DNA from: an uncultured archaeon
GTDB taxonomy: Archaea; Asgardarchaeota; Thorarchaeia; Thorarchaeales; Thorarchaeaceae
NCBI GenBank assembly: GCA_964558645.1
Contig: CAZLEV010000018.1
Coordinates: forward strand, 1-57,775
Length of the DNA: 57,775 bases
Reading direction: 5' to 3'
Shown in pieces: positions 9,080 through 18,429 of the stretch (positions are counted from its first letter, which is position 1; each line of letters begins with the position of its first letter). A program made the translations under genes and the position numbers. The notes beneath the pieces are model-generated. The model did not search any database. It saw only the letters and a list, made by a program, of their open reading frames with translations, and had not been told where the DNA came from.

Positions 9080-10513
9080 ATGGGCTTCATCGGTTTGGTA
9101 TACGGCGTTTGGATGCTATTCAGCCCACTGAACTTGCTCTTCGTTTCATATCTGGGAGTGTTTCCGGGTATGATTGGTTTTTCCTTAAACACAATTCTGT
9201 TCATTCCTTTCGGATATCTCTTGGTTCGGAAATGGCTCCAGACAATGCAGAAGAGAAAGAGCGGTCCTGCTGCTGGTATTGACGTCCTTGAGCCCGGTGG
9301 TGGCGTGCCCGAGCGCGGTGACGAATGGGGCCGGGCTACCAGACCGTACAGCAAAAAGGATGCTCCTCAGATTCTTGGCTCCAAATCCGAAATACGCGAA
9401 GCTCCACTGGGCATTGATGATGGTTTCTTTGTGAAGATGCCTGATCTTGCCGCTGGCGAGGCACTCTTTGACGCTGATGACCTCAGATCAAGGGCAATGA
9501 CTCGTTCAAAGGTGTCCTCGGGCGGCTGGATACGGAAGCGAGCAAGTTCCCGAGGGTCGGGAAGCCTGAAGTCTTCCGAAACTGAGAAACATGGCCGGCC
9601 GAAACGGTCAAAGATACCCAGTGGAGAGATTAACAGTATAGATATTCCCGGGACGGTTGTAGCCGCAGTCTCCCGTGCGGGCAAGAAGAAGAGAGGCACT
9701 CCTTTGGAGATTAAAGCAGAAGATATTCGGGAGAAGTCCTTCACGGGCAGAATTCCTCTCACAGTGATATTGGTTATTGACGTCAGCATGTCGATGAAAG
9801 GCAGTATGATTCAAGTGCGGAAACTCGTGGAACGAATGGAGCGAGAGATTCGGGGTTCTCGTGATCGAGTAGGCATCATAGCCTTCAAAGACAGTGGTGC
9901 TGTTGAGGTTCAAGCACCTACCACCAACTGGAATAAGGTGTACGGGGCTCTCTCAAAACTGAGAATATCTGGTCTAACTCCCTTGGCAGAAGGCCTGATG
10001 AGAGCCATGGAAACAATCAAACGAGAAAGGATGCGGAACCCTGACATGGAGCCTCTTGTGGTCATCATATCTGATTTCTCTCCCAATATCCCTCTTGCAC
10101 AGTCAGTTGGTCCGGGGCATGCGCGGTACACACCTGTTCGCGACTTGGTGAAGGCCGCTCGCCTTGCTCGAAAAGAGAATATTCGGCTGGCCGCTGTCAA
10201 TGTTGATTTGAATCAGAAGAACTGGGTCAAGTTCTTGAAGCGCCGCTATCACGATGCCCTTGAGTTGGCTACATTGCTGCGGATGAGAAAGGAGGGATAC
10301 AAGGATCCAGTTGCAACTATTCTTGCGGTTCCCGAGTTCAGGAAAACCTTTGGGGCCTATCTAATTGCACGGATTGCAGGTGGGCGTTGCTATCTTTCGC
10401 AAGAAGTGTTGGCCATGGATTCAGTTATTGGTGAGTTTCTAGAGGACAACACTCGGCGCACTCGAATCCGCGAACAGGATCTGAAACAGGTTGATGCCTA
10501 CCTTCCGAAGTAG
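9080..10513 (+). CDS. vWA (MIDAS) domain protein with N-terminal TM segment; ChlD-like C-terminal half, in the -1 frame relative to the AAA+ ORF
   Basis: ChlD-like IDIPGTVVAA...IKAEDIREK linker, MIDAS DVSMSM, SGLTPLAEGL, IISD. This frame is open from 8951, through the A9 run. Confidence 0.85.
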   Translation: MGFIGLVYGVWMLFSPLNLLFVSYLGVFPGMIGFSLNTILFIPFGYLLVRKWLQTMQKRKSGPAAGIDVLEPGGGVPERGDEWGRATRPYSKKDAPQILGSKSEIREAPLGIDDGFFVKMPDLAAGEALFDADDLRSRAMTRSKVSSGGWIRKRASSRGSGSLKSSETEKHGRPKRSKIPSGEINSIDIPGTVVAAVSRAGKKKRGTPLEIKAEDIREKSFTGRIPLTVILVIDVSMSMKGSMIQVRKLVERMEREIRGSRDRVGIIAFKDSGAVEVQAPTTNWNKVYGALSKLRISGLTPLAEGLMRAMETIKRERMRNPDMEPLVVIISDFSPNIPLAQSVGPGHARYTPVRDLVKAARLARKENIRLAAVNVDLNQKNWVKFLKRRYHDALELATLLRMRKEGYKDPVATILAVPEFRKTFGAYLIARIAGGRCYLSQEVLAMDSVIGEFLEDNTRRTRIREQDLKQVDAYLPK

Positions 10514-10688
10514 GTTTTCTGTTTCCTTCTCGATTACATTATTAACTAGAGTGACAAGGTTGGAGTGCGCACAGCGCCTGTATTGGTCTGGTGGCATAGT
10601 GAGCATGGAGTACCCCGATGGGGTTCAATGAAATCGCTTTTCATACATCATGACACAAGGTCTGTGCGCACCATCTCTGGAGTATACT

Positions 10689-11702
10689 ATGATGAAACCC
10701 GGAAAGATACCACCGGAAGTCCTCGAGAAGCTCGTTTTTACCCACCTTGGACGAAGTGATCCTGACCTGCTTCTTGGTCCAGGTATAGGACAGGATGCCT
10801 CAGTTATCAGGATTGGCGAATCGATCATCATTGCATCAACGGATCCGATTACCGGTTCTGTTGAGGATATTGGCTGGTTGGCGGTACACATCAATGCTAA
10901 TGACATCGCTACTTTCGGGGTCAAGCCGCGCTGGTTCTTGACTTCGATAATGCTCCCAGTCGGCTGTGACCCCGAAGAAGTCGGTCGCATCATGGAACAG
11001 ATTGATGAGGCGGCAAGAGACCTTGAGATATCTGTTGCCGGGGGTCATACCGAAGTAACTGAAGGAATAGATCGGCCAATCATTGCAGGTTTCATGATTG
11101 GCATTGCGAACAAAGGAGATTATGTCACGTCAGCCGGGGCAAGGCCCGGAGATGTGATTCTGATGACAAAGATGGTTGCTATCGAGGGCACCTCAATCAT
11201 CTGTACTGAGGGCGAACGGTACCTGAAGAAGCATCTGGGAGTCGATTTGGTGAACGAGGGGAAAGAGTTGAGGAGCCACCTCAGCGTGGTGAAGGATGGT
11301 CTTACCGCATTCTCCACTGGCCATCTAACTGCGATGCATGATCCCACCGAGGGCGGACTGGCAGGAGGGCTTCACGAAATCTGCGATGCAAGTGGCGTCG
11401 GCTTTGAAATCATTGAGGAGAAGCTGGTTCTTCACAGGTCCACATCGGCTGTGTGTGATCTACTTGAAATCGACCCGTTACAGCTGATCAGCAGCGGATG
11501 CATGGTCATGACCTGTCCTTCGGAGAATTCTCAAGATGTACTCAATGCCCTCAGTGCTTCAGGGATTAGATCTGCTATGATTGGACGGATTCTGTCTGAC
11601 GCGTCACAACGGAACATTATCATGTCCAATCAGACTCGGGAACTCCCTCGTCCGGAGTCAGATGCTCTTTGGGAGGCTCTTCAGATGGTCAAGTCCGCAT
11701 GA
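10689..11702 (+). CDS. AIR synthase/PurM-superfamily protein (HypE/ThiL-like)
   Basis: GPGIGQD, STDPI, HINANDIAT, GGHTE, MHDPTEGGL. Confidence 0.85.
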   Translation: MMKPGKIPPEVLEKLVFTHLGRSDPDLLLGPGIGQDASVIRIGESIIIASTDPITGSVEDIGWLAVHINANDIATFGVKPRWFLTSIMLPVGCDPEEVGRIMEQIDEAARDLEISVAGGHTEVTEGIDRPIIAGFMIGIANKGDYVTSAGARPGDVILMTKMVAIEGTSIICTEGERYLKKHLGVDLVNEGKELRSHLSVVKDGLTAFSTGHLTAMHDPTEGGLAGGLHEICDASGVGFEIIEEKLVLHRSTSAVCDLLEIDPLQLISSGCMVMTCPSENSQDVLNALSASGIRSAMIGRILSDASQRNIIMSNQTRELPRPESDALWEALQMVKSA

Positions 11703-12474
11703 AATCTCGAGTCCGCTCTATCATTTCTTCGTCTGTTCCGTCTATTGTTATCGGTGACAGAGATACATTGAAGTTATTTAGGATGGCATGAACATCAGTA
11801 CCCTCAGGCGCATCAACTTCTATTCCTTTGAGCCAGTAGTAGGTTCTGCCATGAGGATCTTGGCGTTCTACCACTTCGTTTGCCAATCTGACTCGAGTCG
11901 GTTTCGTTACCTCTATCTCAAGATTCTCTCCAAGCTTGCAAGGAAAATTCAGGTTAAGGATGTCAACTCCCGATGGCAGTCCTCTCTTCAGAATCCGCTC
12001 TATGATTTCAAGCGATATTTCGCATACTCTGTCGTAATCGCGACTGCTTCCGGCATTATTGAACCACTCATCTGGCCGAGCCTCGATAGAGATAGCCAAT
12101 GCAGGGAATCCTTTCAGAGCAGCCTCAAAAGCTGCCCCAACGGTTCCACTTGTCAGCATGCTCTGATATCCCACGTTAGCTCCTGCATTTATTCCAGAAA
12201 CAAACAAGTCGATATGGTCGACAAAACGCGAGGCGATTACCACAGAATCTGCCGGTGTGCCATCATGTGTGACTCTTCCATAGCCACTTGCAGAACCATG
12301 GTCGTTCACACGAAGCGGCCTGTTCAAGGTCAGTGCTTTTCCTGTTGCACTTCTCTGACCATCTGGAACAACCACGGTAAGACTGTAAGATTTGCTGATA
12401 GCTTGTGCAAGCTTCATGAGGCCCTCGCTGTGCGGTCCATCATCGTTGGTCAGACATATGTGATACACGTTCAC
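11689..12474 (-). CDS. surE: 5'/3'-nucleotidase SurE
   Basis: LTNDDG, GTPADSV, SGINAGAN, SGTVGAA, LNLNFP, DPHGRTYYW. Confidence 0.95.
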   Translation of the reverse strand: MNVYHICLTNDDGPHSEGLMKLAQAISKSYSLTVVVPDGQRSATGKALTLNRPLRVNDHGSASGYGRVTHDGTPADSVVIASRFVDHIDLFVSGINAGANVGYQSMLTSGTVGAAFEAALKGFPALAISIEARPDEWFNNAGSSRDYDRVCEISLEIIERILKRGLPSGVDILNLNFPCKLGENLEIEVTKPTRVRLANEVVERQDPHGRTYYWLKGIEVDAPEGTDVHAILNNFNVSLSPITIDGTDEEMIERTRDFMRT

Positions 12475-12535
12475 TGAACCTCGTTCATGTAATACTCTGG
12501 TGCACCGTCGGTTTGCTGATAAGAATGACGATGCG

Positions 12536-12569
12536 AAAAAAAGAGAAGGGTTGGAAGCGTGTCGCTCCC
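12536..12569 (-). terminator. Probable terminator of the histone gene (short stem plus T7 tract on the minus strand)
   Basis: The + strand has A7 at 12536-12542 and GGAAGCG-TGT-CGCTCCC at 12553-12569, just downstream of the histone stop codon. Confidence 0.5.
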
Positions 12570-12591
12570 ACTCCCGCAGGCGAGACCGTCA

Positions 12592-12762
12592 CTACAAGTC
12601 GTAGGGTTTCAAGGTCTTTCGCTTGTTCTCAGTTGTTCTCTTAGACGCTGCCTTGATGAGATTCTGTACTTCCTTATCAAGTGCATCGTAGAAGTCAGAG
12701 GCGACCATAAGGCCGTGTTTCTTAGCGAATTCTTGTACTTTACTCTTTACTATGAGACTCAT
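12592..12762 (-). CDS. Short histone-fold protein, 56 aa (alpha3-truncated, face-to-face/HTkC-like type); absent from the ORF track
   Basis: Manual translation: MSLIVKSKVQEFAKKHGLMVASDFYDALDKEVQNLIKAASKRTTENKRKTLKPYDL*. Contains the histone RKT..D signature and an LIVKSKV start. GAGGT SD and a CTTATAAG TATA box lie upstream. Confidence 0.9.
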   Translation of the reverse strand: MSLIVKSKVQEFAKKHGLMVASDFYDALDKEVQNLIKAASKRTTENKRKTLKPYDL

Positions 12763-12896
12763 CTCATTACCTCACTCCAAATTAATGGCAAATTACAGTT
12801 TCTAGTAGGTCACTTATAAGGGTTGTCAGAAAACGGGCCTAAAACCGCTGTTTTGGCCTACTATTCGGGATTTTTGTCGAAAAGAGATACATATTC

Positions 12897-13988
12897 TCAG
12901 CAAATCTCAGTGATCAGAGCCTCGACGATTCTCTCTGCGGCATCACCTGATCCGTATGGGCACTCTCGCTGCCCTTCAATTCCGCTCTTCAATTCAGAAC
13001 GAATGGCAACTGGAAACTCGTGTGGGTCAGTGCCGACCACAGTTGAATGCCCTGATTCAACAGCCTCCGGGCGTTCAGTCGTATCCCTAAGAACAAAGAC
13101 CTTCTTGTTCAGCGATGGCGCAGTAACCTCCTCTTGAATTCCTCCCGAATCTGTGATCACGAATCTGCAGGCATCGAGCAATGTCAAGAAATCAAGATAA
13201 CCTACTGGTTGGATGACTCTGATTGAGGAGTTCAGAATTGCATCCATCAAGTTGAATTCTTTCAGACGAGAGACCGTGCGAGGGTGTGCTGGAAATAGGA
13301 TCTTCTCTTTCAAGTCAAACAGTCCGTCTACAAGGCCTTTGAGGGTCATCCTGTGGTCAACATTCTCTGCCCGGTGGAGAGTCAGCAGGACAAAATCGTT
13401 TAGTTGCATATCCTCTATGATGGTGGACTTCTCACGAGCTACCGGCAACCGATGTTCCAGTGCATCAATGACCGTATTGCCTGTTACTATTATCTTACCC
13501 CAGACATTCTCTTCTTGGAGTGTTCTGGCAGCATTCTTCGTAGGAGCAAAGAGATAGTCCGAGGCATGGTCAGTAAGCCGTCGGTTATATTCCTCGGGCA
13601 TACGTCTGTCGTAGCTTCTGAGACCTGCCTCTACATGACCAACAGGTACTCCGACTTTCACGGCAGCCAGAGTAGCGCTCAGTACCGCGTTTGTATCACC
13701 TTGAACAAGTACAACGTCGGGGTCCTCCTTGAGGACTGCCTCTTCAATTCCAACAAGAGCCTTGGCTGTTTGTTGTGAATGAGTACCTGAACCGATCTGT
13801 AGATTGAGATCGGGTTCCCTCAGGCCCATATCTTCGAAGAATGATTGGCTCATGAACTCCGAATAGTGCTGACCCGTATGAAGCAAGTAGTAGTCAATGC
13901 CCCGTCTTTCAAGCTCTCTTGCGATGGGAGCCATCTTCACTATCTCCGGACGTGTGCCTATTACGACGAGGGGTTGCAATGGAAACAC
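12897..13988 (-). CDS. wecB: UDP-N-acetylglucosamine 2-epimerase (non-hydrolysing)
   Basis: GTRPEIVKM, HTGQHY, VQGDTN, HVEAGLRS, PEEYNR, HRAEN, TDSGGIQEE, TERPE. Confidence 0.95.
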   Translation of the reverse strand: MFPLQPLVVIGTRPEIVKMAPIARELERRGIDYYLLHTGQHYSEFMSQSFFEDMGLREPDLNLQIGSGTHSQQTAKALVGIEEAVLKEDPDVVLVQGDTNAVLSATLAAVKVGVPVGHVEAGLRSYDRRMPEEYNRRLTDHASDYLFAPTKNAARTLQEENVWGKIIVTGNTVIDALEHRLPVAREKSTIIEDMQLNDFVLLTLHRAENVDHRMTLKGLVDGLFDLKEKILFPAHPRTVSRLKEFNLMDAILNSSIRVIQPVGYLDFLTLLDACRFVITDSGGIQEEVTAPSLNKKVFVLRDTTERPEAVESGHSTVVGTDPHEFPVAIRSELKSGIEGQRECPYGSGDAAERIVEALITEIC

Positions 13989-14099
13989 TGAGAGAGTTGT
14001 TTTACCCCCTTCTCTTAAAGGTGTCTAGACAGCAACAAGACCTTTAAGACTGTGCATGGACTTTAACAGGGCCAGCAGACCCTGAGGTGAGGATGCGAA

Positions 14100-14879
14100 T
14101 TGAGATACGCTCGTGGGATATTCATCGGAGCTCTGTTACCTGGGATCATCCTGGCCGGAGCCACGTTCATCAAACTGGCCGGGTTCGGAGTGACCAATCC
14201 AGTGGTACTGGAAACACTGTGGAGTATCTTTCAAGTATGGATTGTTATTTCCATTGCTGTGCTTGTTATTCCTCTTGCCGTGGCCTATGCCAAGTATCGA
14301 GAGATGTTTCGGGAGCTACTGCTCTTCGAGTTGGGAGGTCTAGCCTTTTTTGCGCCGCTATGGTTTGCGCTTTTCACTGACCTTTCAGGTGATTCTTGGG
14401 TCACAGTCCTTCGTAATGGAATCGATGATGGCCTTGTGTTTCTTGCTAGTGATGGTTCTCTGATTGGTGTTGACATTGGTCCTGTAATTCTGATTCCCGC
14501 CCTTGTCATGTCAATCGTTGTCGGTTTCATACTATTACGTCCCTCATTCATCGAACAATACTCGAGTTCTATGAGATCCGCAGAAGTTCCGAAGGAACCT
14601 GCCAAACCAGAGTCAGGGGCATCTCCGGCAACCGAGATGCCTGAAGTTGGGCGCCCCGTGCCTGATGAGAACACCATAGCTGAGCTAAGAGATCTTCTGC
14701 AGACTCTATCGGTGGCCCCCACAGCTATCGAGGCGATTATCGACTCCGACATAAAGACCGTCACCGATCTGGTTGCAACCAGTGCGAAACAAATCGCGGA
14801 CATCACCGGGATGAATATTCAAGTCGCTCGTGACTTACAAGTCGCGATTCAGAAGTATGTGTGGTACGGAGGGCTGTAA
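14100..14879 (+). CDS. Membrane protein (about 4 TM) with Pro-rich linker and C-terminal HhH-like domain
   Basis: Hydrophobic N-terminal half. The C-terminal IKTVTDLVATSAKQIADITGMNIQVARDL resembles the RadA/Rad51 N-terminal HhH domain. Confidence 0.65.
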   Translation: MRYARGIFIGALLPGIILAGATFIKLAGFGVTNPVVLETLWSIFQVWIVISIAVLVIPLAVAYAKYREMFRELLLFELGGLAFFAPLWFALFTDLSGDSWVTVLRNGIDDGLVFLASDGSLIGVDIGPVILIPALVMSIVVGFILLRPSFIEQYSSSMRSAEVPKEPAKPESGASPATEMPEVGRPVPDENTIAELRDLLQTLSVAPTAIEAIIDSDIKTVTDLVATSAKQIADITGMNIQVARDLQVAIQKYVWYGGL

Positions 14880-14889
14880 TACTCTCTCA

Positions 14890-15630
14890 CTATTCGAGAG
14901 AGACTAAGGCGTCAAGAGCTATCTGGGTCATCTGATCCACCGGTGGCTTTCCTGAGATTGCAGCCTCCTCTCCGACAGGTTCTCCGATAATGACGCATAT
15001 GGTTCCCACTCTCACATCCCGAATGTGACCAATGACGAAGAGCGTTGCGGCCTCCATCTCTGTTGCGAGAACATTGGCTCTTCTGAGGGCATCCCATCTG
15101 TTTTTCGTTTCTTCAGGATTCACAACATGATCTGGATACTCACTATAGAACGCATCCTTACTGTGACCGATGCCTACTCGATAGTATGCGCCTCTCGATT
15201 CTGCTGCGTCAATGAGTGCACGTACCACTTCAAAATTAGCCAAGGCCGGAAACTCGATTGGCACATACTGCCTTGATGTACCGTCGTCTCTCACGGAGCC
15301 ACTGAAGATCACTAAGTCACCTGCATGCAAAGAGGGGTCAAGAGCTCCTGAAGTTCCCACACGAATGAATGTGTCGCAGCCAACTTTGACGAGCTCCTCA
15401 ATTGCGATTGCCGCTGAAGGACACCCTATTCCTGTGGAGCACACTGCCACTTGGTGTCCCTCATAATCTCCTTTGAAGCTCCAGTACTCTCTGTTTCTCG
15501 CGATTTCCGAAGGATTTTCGAAGAAGTTCTTCGCTATCCATTCAGCTCTCCCAGGATCTCCTGGCAATAGTACCTTTGTAGGTAGCTCTCCCTGTGCAAT
15601 TCCTATATGATATTGCCTCTCGTTTCTCAT
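14890..15630 (-). CDS. udp: Uridine phosphorylase (NP-I family)
   Basis: QYHI, LPGDPGR, NREY, STGIGCPSA.IA.EEL, RVGTSG, EMEAATL. Confidence 0.9.
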   Translation of the reverse strand: MRNERQYHIGIAQGELPTKVLLPGDPGRAEWIAKNFFENPSEIARNREYWSFKGDYEGHQVAVCSTGIGCPSAAIAIEELVKVGCDTFIRVGTSGALDPSLHAGDLVIFSGSVRDDGTSRQYVPIEFPALANFEVVRALIDAAESRGAYYRVGIGHSKDAFYSEYPDHVVNPEETKNRWDALRRANVLATEMEAATLFVIGHIRDVRVGTICVIIGEPVGEEAAISGKPPVDQMTQIALDALVSLE

Positions 15631-15741
15631 ATGCTAGGTTCCCTGACGAGCCCTCTTCCCAGAGGATATAAAGAGTTCTTCAGCATGTCACTTCTCCTTC
15701 AGAGATAGCCTTAAAACCTTCTTCCGAAGCTCGGCCATCGG

Positions 15742-15975
15742 TTGTCAAAGATGAATGACGAAATCACAGAGCTCGACCGGGCTATACTAGAGGCAGTTCT
15801 CCACGATAGTCATAGGCCCTCCGCGATTACCAGCATTGTCAGAAAACGCGGCATTGATTGCACACAGAACCAAGTGGTCCAGTCACTGAACAGTCTTGAA
15901 GAGAGAGGTCTCGTGGAGAGATATACCTCCAAGGCATGGGTGGGCACTTCTAATGCCGAGGCTTACGTCCAATAG
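15742..15975 (+). CDS. Small winged-HTH protein
   Basis: ELDRAILEAV...TQNQVVQSLNSLEERGLVER wHTH pattern. Confidence 0.7.
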   Translation: MSKMNDEITELDRAILEAVLHDSHRPSAITSIVRKRGIDCTQNQVVQSLNSLEERGLVERYTSKAWVGTSNAEAYVQ

Positions 15976-16019
15976 ATTTCTCTGAGTAGATGGAATAGGG
16001 CGTCTAGGTCGAATTCTTC

Positions 16020-17036
16020 TCAGGCGAGTCTTGTAGCAATTGTGTCAACAATGCTGTAGGTTAGGTCCGGATTGTCTTCGCAGAATATTTTGGTTCTGAT
16101 GGTGTTGGAAGTCACTATTCGTCCTTCGCTTTCATCGAACAGATTCCTCAGAAGCTCCTCCCCTTCGGTCATGAGAGGCAGGACGTGGACGACGGCCATT
16201 CCGACATCATTGGCTCCCTGTTTGTAGAGTCGTTTAGCTGTCTTCAGCAGTGTGCTCCCACTCTTAGTCAGATCGTCAAGCACTATTACATTCTTACCTT
16301 CGACAGCCAGTTCACCCCGCAGTTCGATCGTGTATGAGTCCTCCCTGCTCTTTCCGTATCCATTTACATCGAATCGCTCCTGCCCTCCCTCGTCAGGCGT
16401 CACGACTTTGAATTCGTCAAACCCGAATCTCTCTGCTCCAAACTGTATTAGGTCTCCAGTCACGTCGATTTCTTCGTAGAGACCTCGCTGCTCCAAATCT
16501 GTCACCCATTTCAGACTCTCTGTGACATGAGGATTAACTACCCATACTTTGTTACAGGACCTCGCAATCTGATCAAGGGCCCATCGAGCCGATGCCGCTT
16601 CACCGGTTTCAAAGGCCTTGTCTTGGAGAGCAAAGGGCTGGAAAGTGAGTAAGACCTCGACTTTCGCCGGTGGTGCAACAGGGGTTTCCTTGTATTCCTT
16701 GTGCCCCAGCTTCTTGACTGCAACTGGTTTCTTCAGAATGTCTAAGAGAAGAAGAAGCTCGACAACACGATCTGATGTGGTAAAGTATTCAGGTTCGGCC
16801 GGTCCTGATCCAGTGCAGGACTGAACCACCAAGACTCTTCTATCTGAGAGTTCTCTTACTTCTGCCAATCTTGCGTAGATGTCGGCATTCGGGAAGAATC
16901 TCTTTTCATCATAGTTCAGATCTGAGGTAAAGACCCTGTAGCCATGATGCTCGAATCTTGCCTTCAGATGCTCCGCACCGCTTGCAAGCACAATATCGTA
17001 CTGTTTCATCTTAGGCAGCCGGGTGTTGCCGACCAT
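16020..17036 (-). CDS. Divergent ribose-phosphate pyrophosphokinase-like / type I phosphoribosyltransferase
   Basis: FFPNADIYARL, ELLLLLD, QDKAFETGE, VVTPDEGG, PRT motif VIVLDDLTKSGSTL, VTSNTI. Confidence 0.75.
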   Translation of the reverse strand: MVGNTRLPKMKQYDIVLASGAEHLKARFEHHGYRVFTSDLNYDEKRFFPNADIYARLAEVRELSDRRVLVVQSCTGSGPAEPEYFTTSDRVVELLLLLDILKKPVAVKKLGHKEYKETPVAPPAKVEVLLTFQPFALQDKAFETGEAASARWALDQIARSCNKVWVVNPHVTESLKWVTDLEQRGLYEEIDVTGDLIQFGAERFGFDEFKVVTPDEGGQERFDVNGYGKSREDSYTIELRGELAVEGKNVIVLDDLTKSGSTLLKTAKRLYKQGANDVGMAVVHVLPLMTEGEELLRNLFDESEGRIVTSNTIRTKIFCEDNPDLTYSIVDTIATRLA

Positions 17037-17061
17037 TTCCCCTTTATGAGACTTGTCGTTT

Positions 17062-17610
17062 TCATTTTATCTCTGGCTCATCCTGCCCAACATAGCGGCT
17101 TCCCTTTCGACTGTCATACTGAACAGATGCCTCACTAGACAATTGGACGAACATTATCTGTACGATTCTCTCTCCGGGATATAGAAACACCGGGCTTAGG
17201 TTCTCACAGAAAATCTCAAGGGTCAGCCTACCTGGTTGTCGAACTCCCGTACCAGGATTGACAAGCCCCGCAGCATGTACGATAATGCCAAGACGGGCGA
17301 TGCTAGATCTTCCCTCAAGAAGACCTGCATACTTGGCAGACACCGATATCATCTCTCTTGTCTGTCCCAGAATGAATTGCCCGGGAAGTATCATGAAAGG
17401 TTCGTTTCCTGTATTGACTATCTTCGTATCTCGTCCGAGATTGTTATCATCTCGGATATCTACTGCAGCTCCCGGTCCGTAGACCCGGAATACCGAATCC
17501 AGCGTCAAATCGACACTACAGGGCCCAACGTTTTCTCTTGTGAATGGTTCAATACTGATTTCATTCTGTTCAAGCGCACGGAAAATGTCGCGGTCTGAGA
17601 GCATCATCAT
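17062..17610 (-). CDS. dcd: dCTP deaminase
   Basis: MLSDRDI, PCSVDLTL, EGRSSIARLG, AGLVNPG, LTLEI, GERIVQ, Y..RKGSRYVGQ. Confidence 0.9.
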   Translation of the reverse strand: MMMLSDRDIFRALEQNEISIEPFTRENVGPCSVDLTLDSVFRVYGPGAAVDIRDDNNLGRDTKIVNTGNEPFMILPGQFILGQTREMISVSAKYAGLLEGRSSIARLGIIVHAAGLVNPGTGVRQPGRLTLEIFCENLSPVFLYPGERIVQIMFVQLSSEASVQYDSRKGSRYVGQDEPEIK

Positions 17611-17696
17611 AGTGTACCTTCCTTCAGGAACTAAATATACGTAATGCAACAATCTAAAATGAGTCTAGTGCATAGTGACCCCGCCACCGCAGGTAC

Positions 17697-18422
17697 GTGG
17701 GTCTGTTGAGTCTAACCGCGAGAGACCTCCTTCACAGGATTGCAGAAGACATTGGCCTCTCATTCAGAGAGCTCGCTGGATTAGTGAACGATGAGATGGC
17801 ATCGGGACGAGGGATAATGGATGCTGTTCAGAAGATACTCATTGAGAACAAGCTTGATCCGAATGACTATAGACTCGACCCATCCAAAATAGCCAATCGG
17901 ATTCTGCGCTTGCTAAGAGAGGATTATTCGCAGACACTTATGATATCTGCAGTCTTGGCCCAGATGGTCGAGTCTCGCGATGAAGACCGTTTTCCTCCCC
18001 CGGCCTTCTTCGTTTTCCTCGAACTATTGAACTCAATTCCAGAAGCGAATCGTACCGGTAACGTGTTTCTGCCCAATGCAATCGATGAGAAGACTACTGA
18101 GATAATCGAACTGACTACCACCCTCGTGTCTATCATCTGTAGCTGGTCTAAGCAGGGAATAACTGGAGTCGCTCGTGACTGCCCAGAAGAACTCCGCAAT
18201 CTTGCGAGAGTCTGTTCTCGGAAGACTCGTCTATATCAGGCCGGCCTGTGGACCTGTCTATCCTGCGGCAAGGTAGTTGATCTCAAGGAAACACGTGCAC
18301 TGCTGTGTTCTGAATGCGATGCTAACATGTACGATGACTCAGAAGATGGACAGTTCCGCACATACCATGAACGAGAACGGACAGGATATGGCAAGACGAA
18401 GAAGGGAACAGAACTGGATTGA
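17697..18422 (+). CDS. Hypothetical protein with C-terminal Zn ribbon
   Basis: WTCLSCG ... LCSECD (CxxC-x13-CxxC). Confidence 0.7.
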   Translation: MGLLSLTARDLLHRIAEDIGLSFRELAGLVNDEMASGRGIMDAVQKILIENKLDPNDYRLDPSKIANRILRLLREDYSQTLMISAVLAQMVESRDEDRFPPPAFFVFLELLNSIPEANRTGNVFLPNAIDEKTTEIIELTTTLVSIICSWSKQGITGVARDCPEELRNLARVCSRKTRLYQAGLWTCLSCGKVVDLKETRALLCSECDANMYDDSEDGQFRTYHERERTGYGKTKKGTELD

Positions 18423-18429
18423 CAGCAAA

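Noticed and set aside
7845-10513. Magnesium chelatase or photosynthesis
   Set aside because: No chlH/bchH or pigment genes. ChlI/D-like AAA-vWA pairs are widespread in non-phototrophic archaea.
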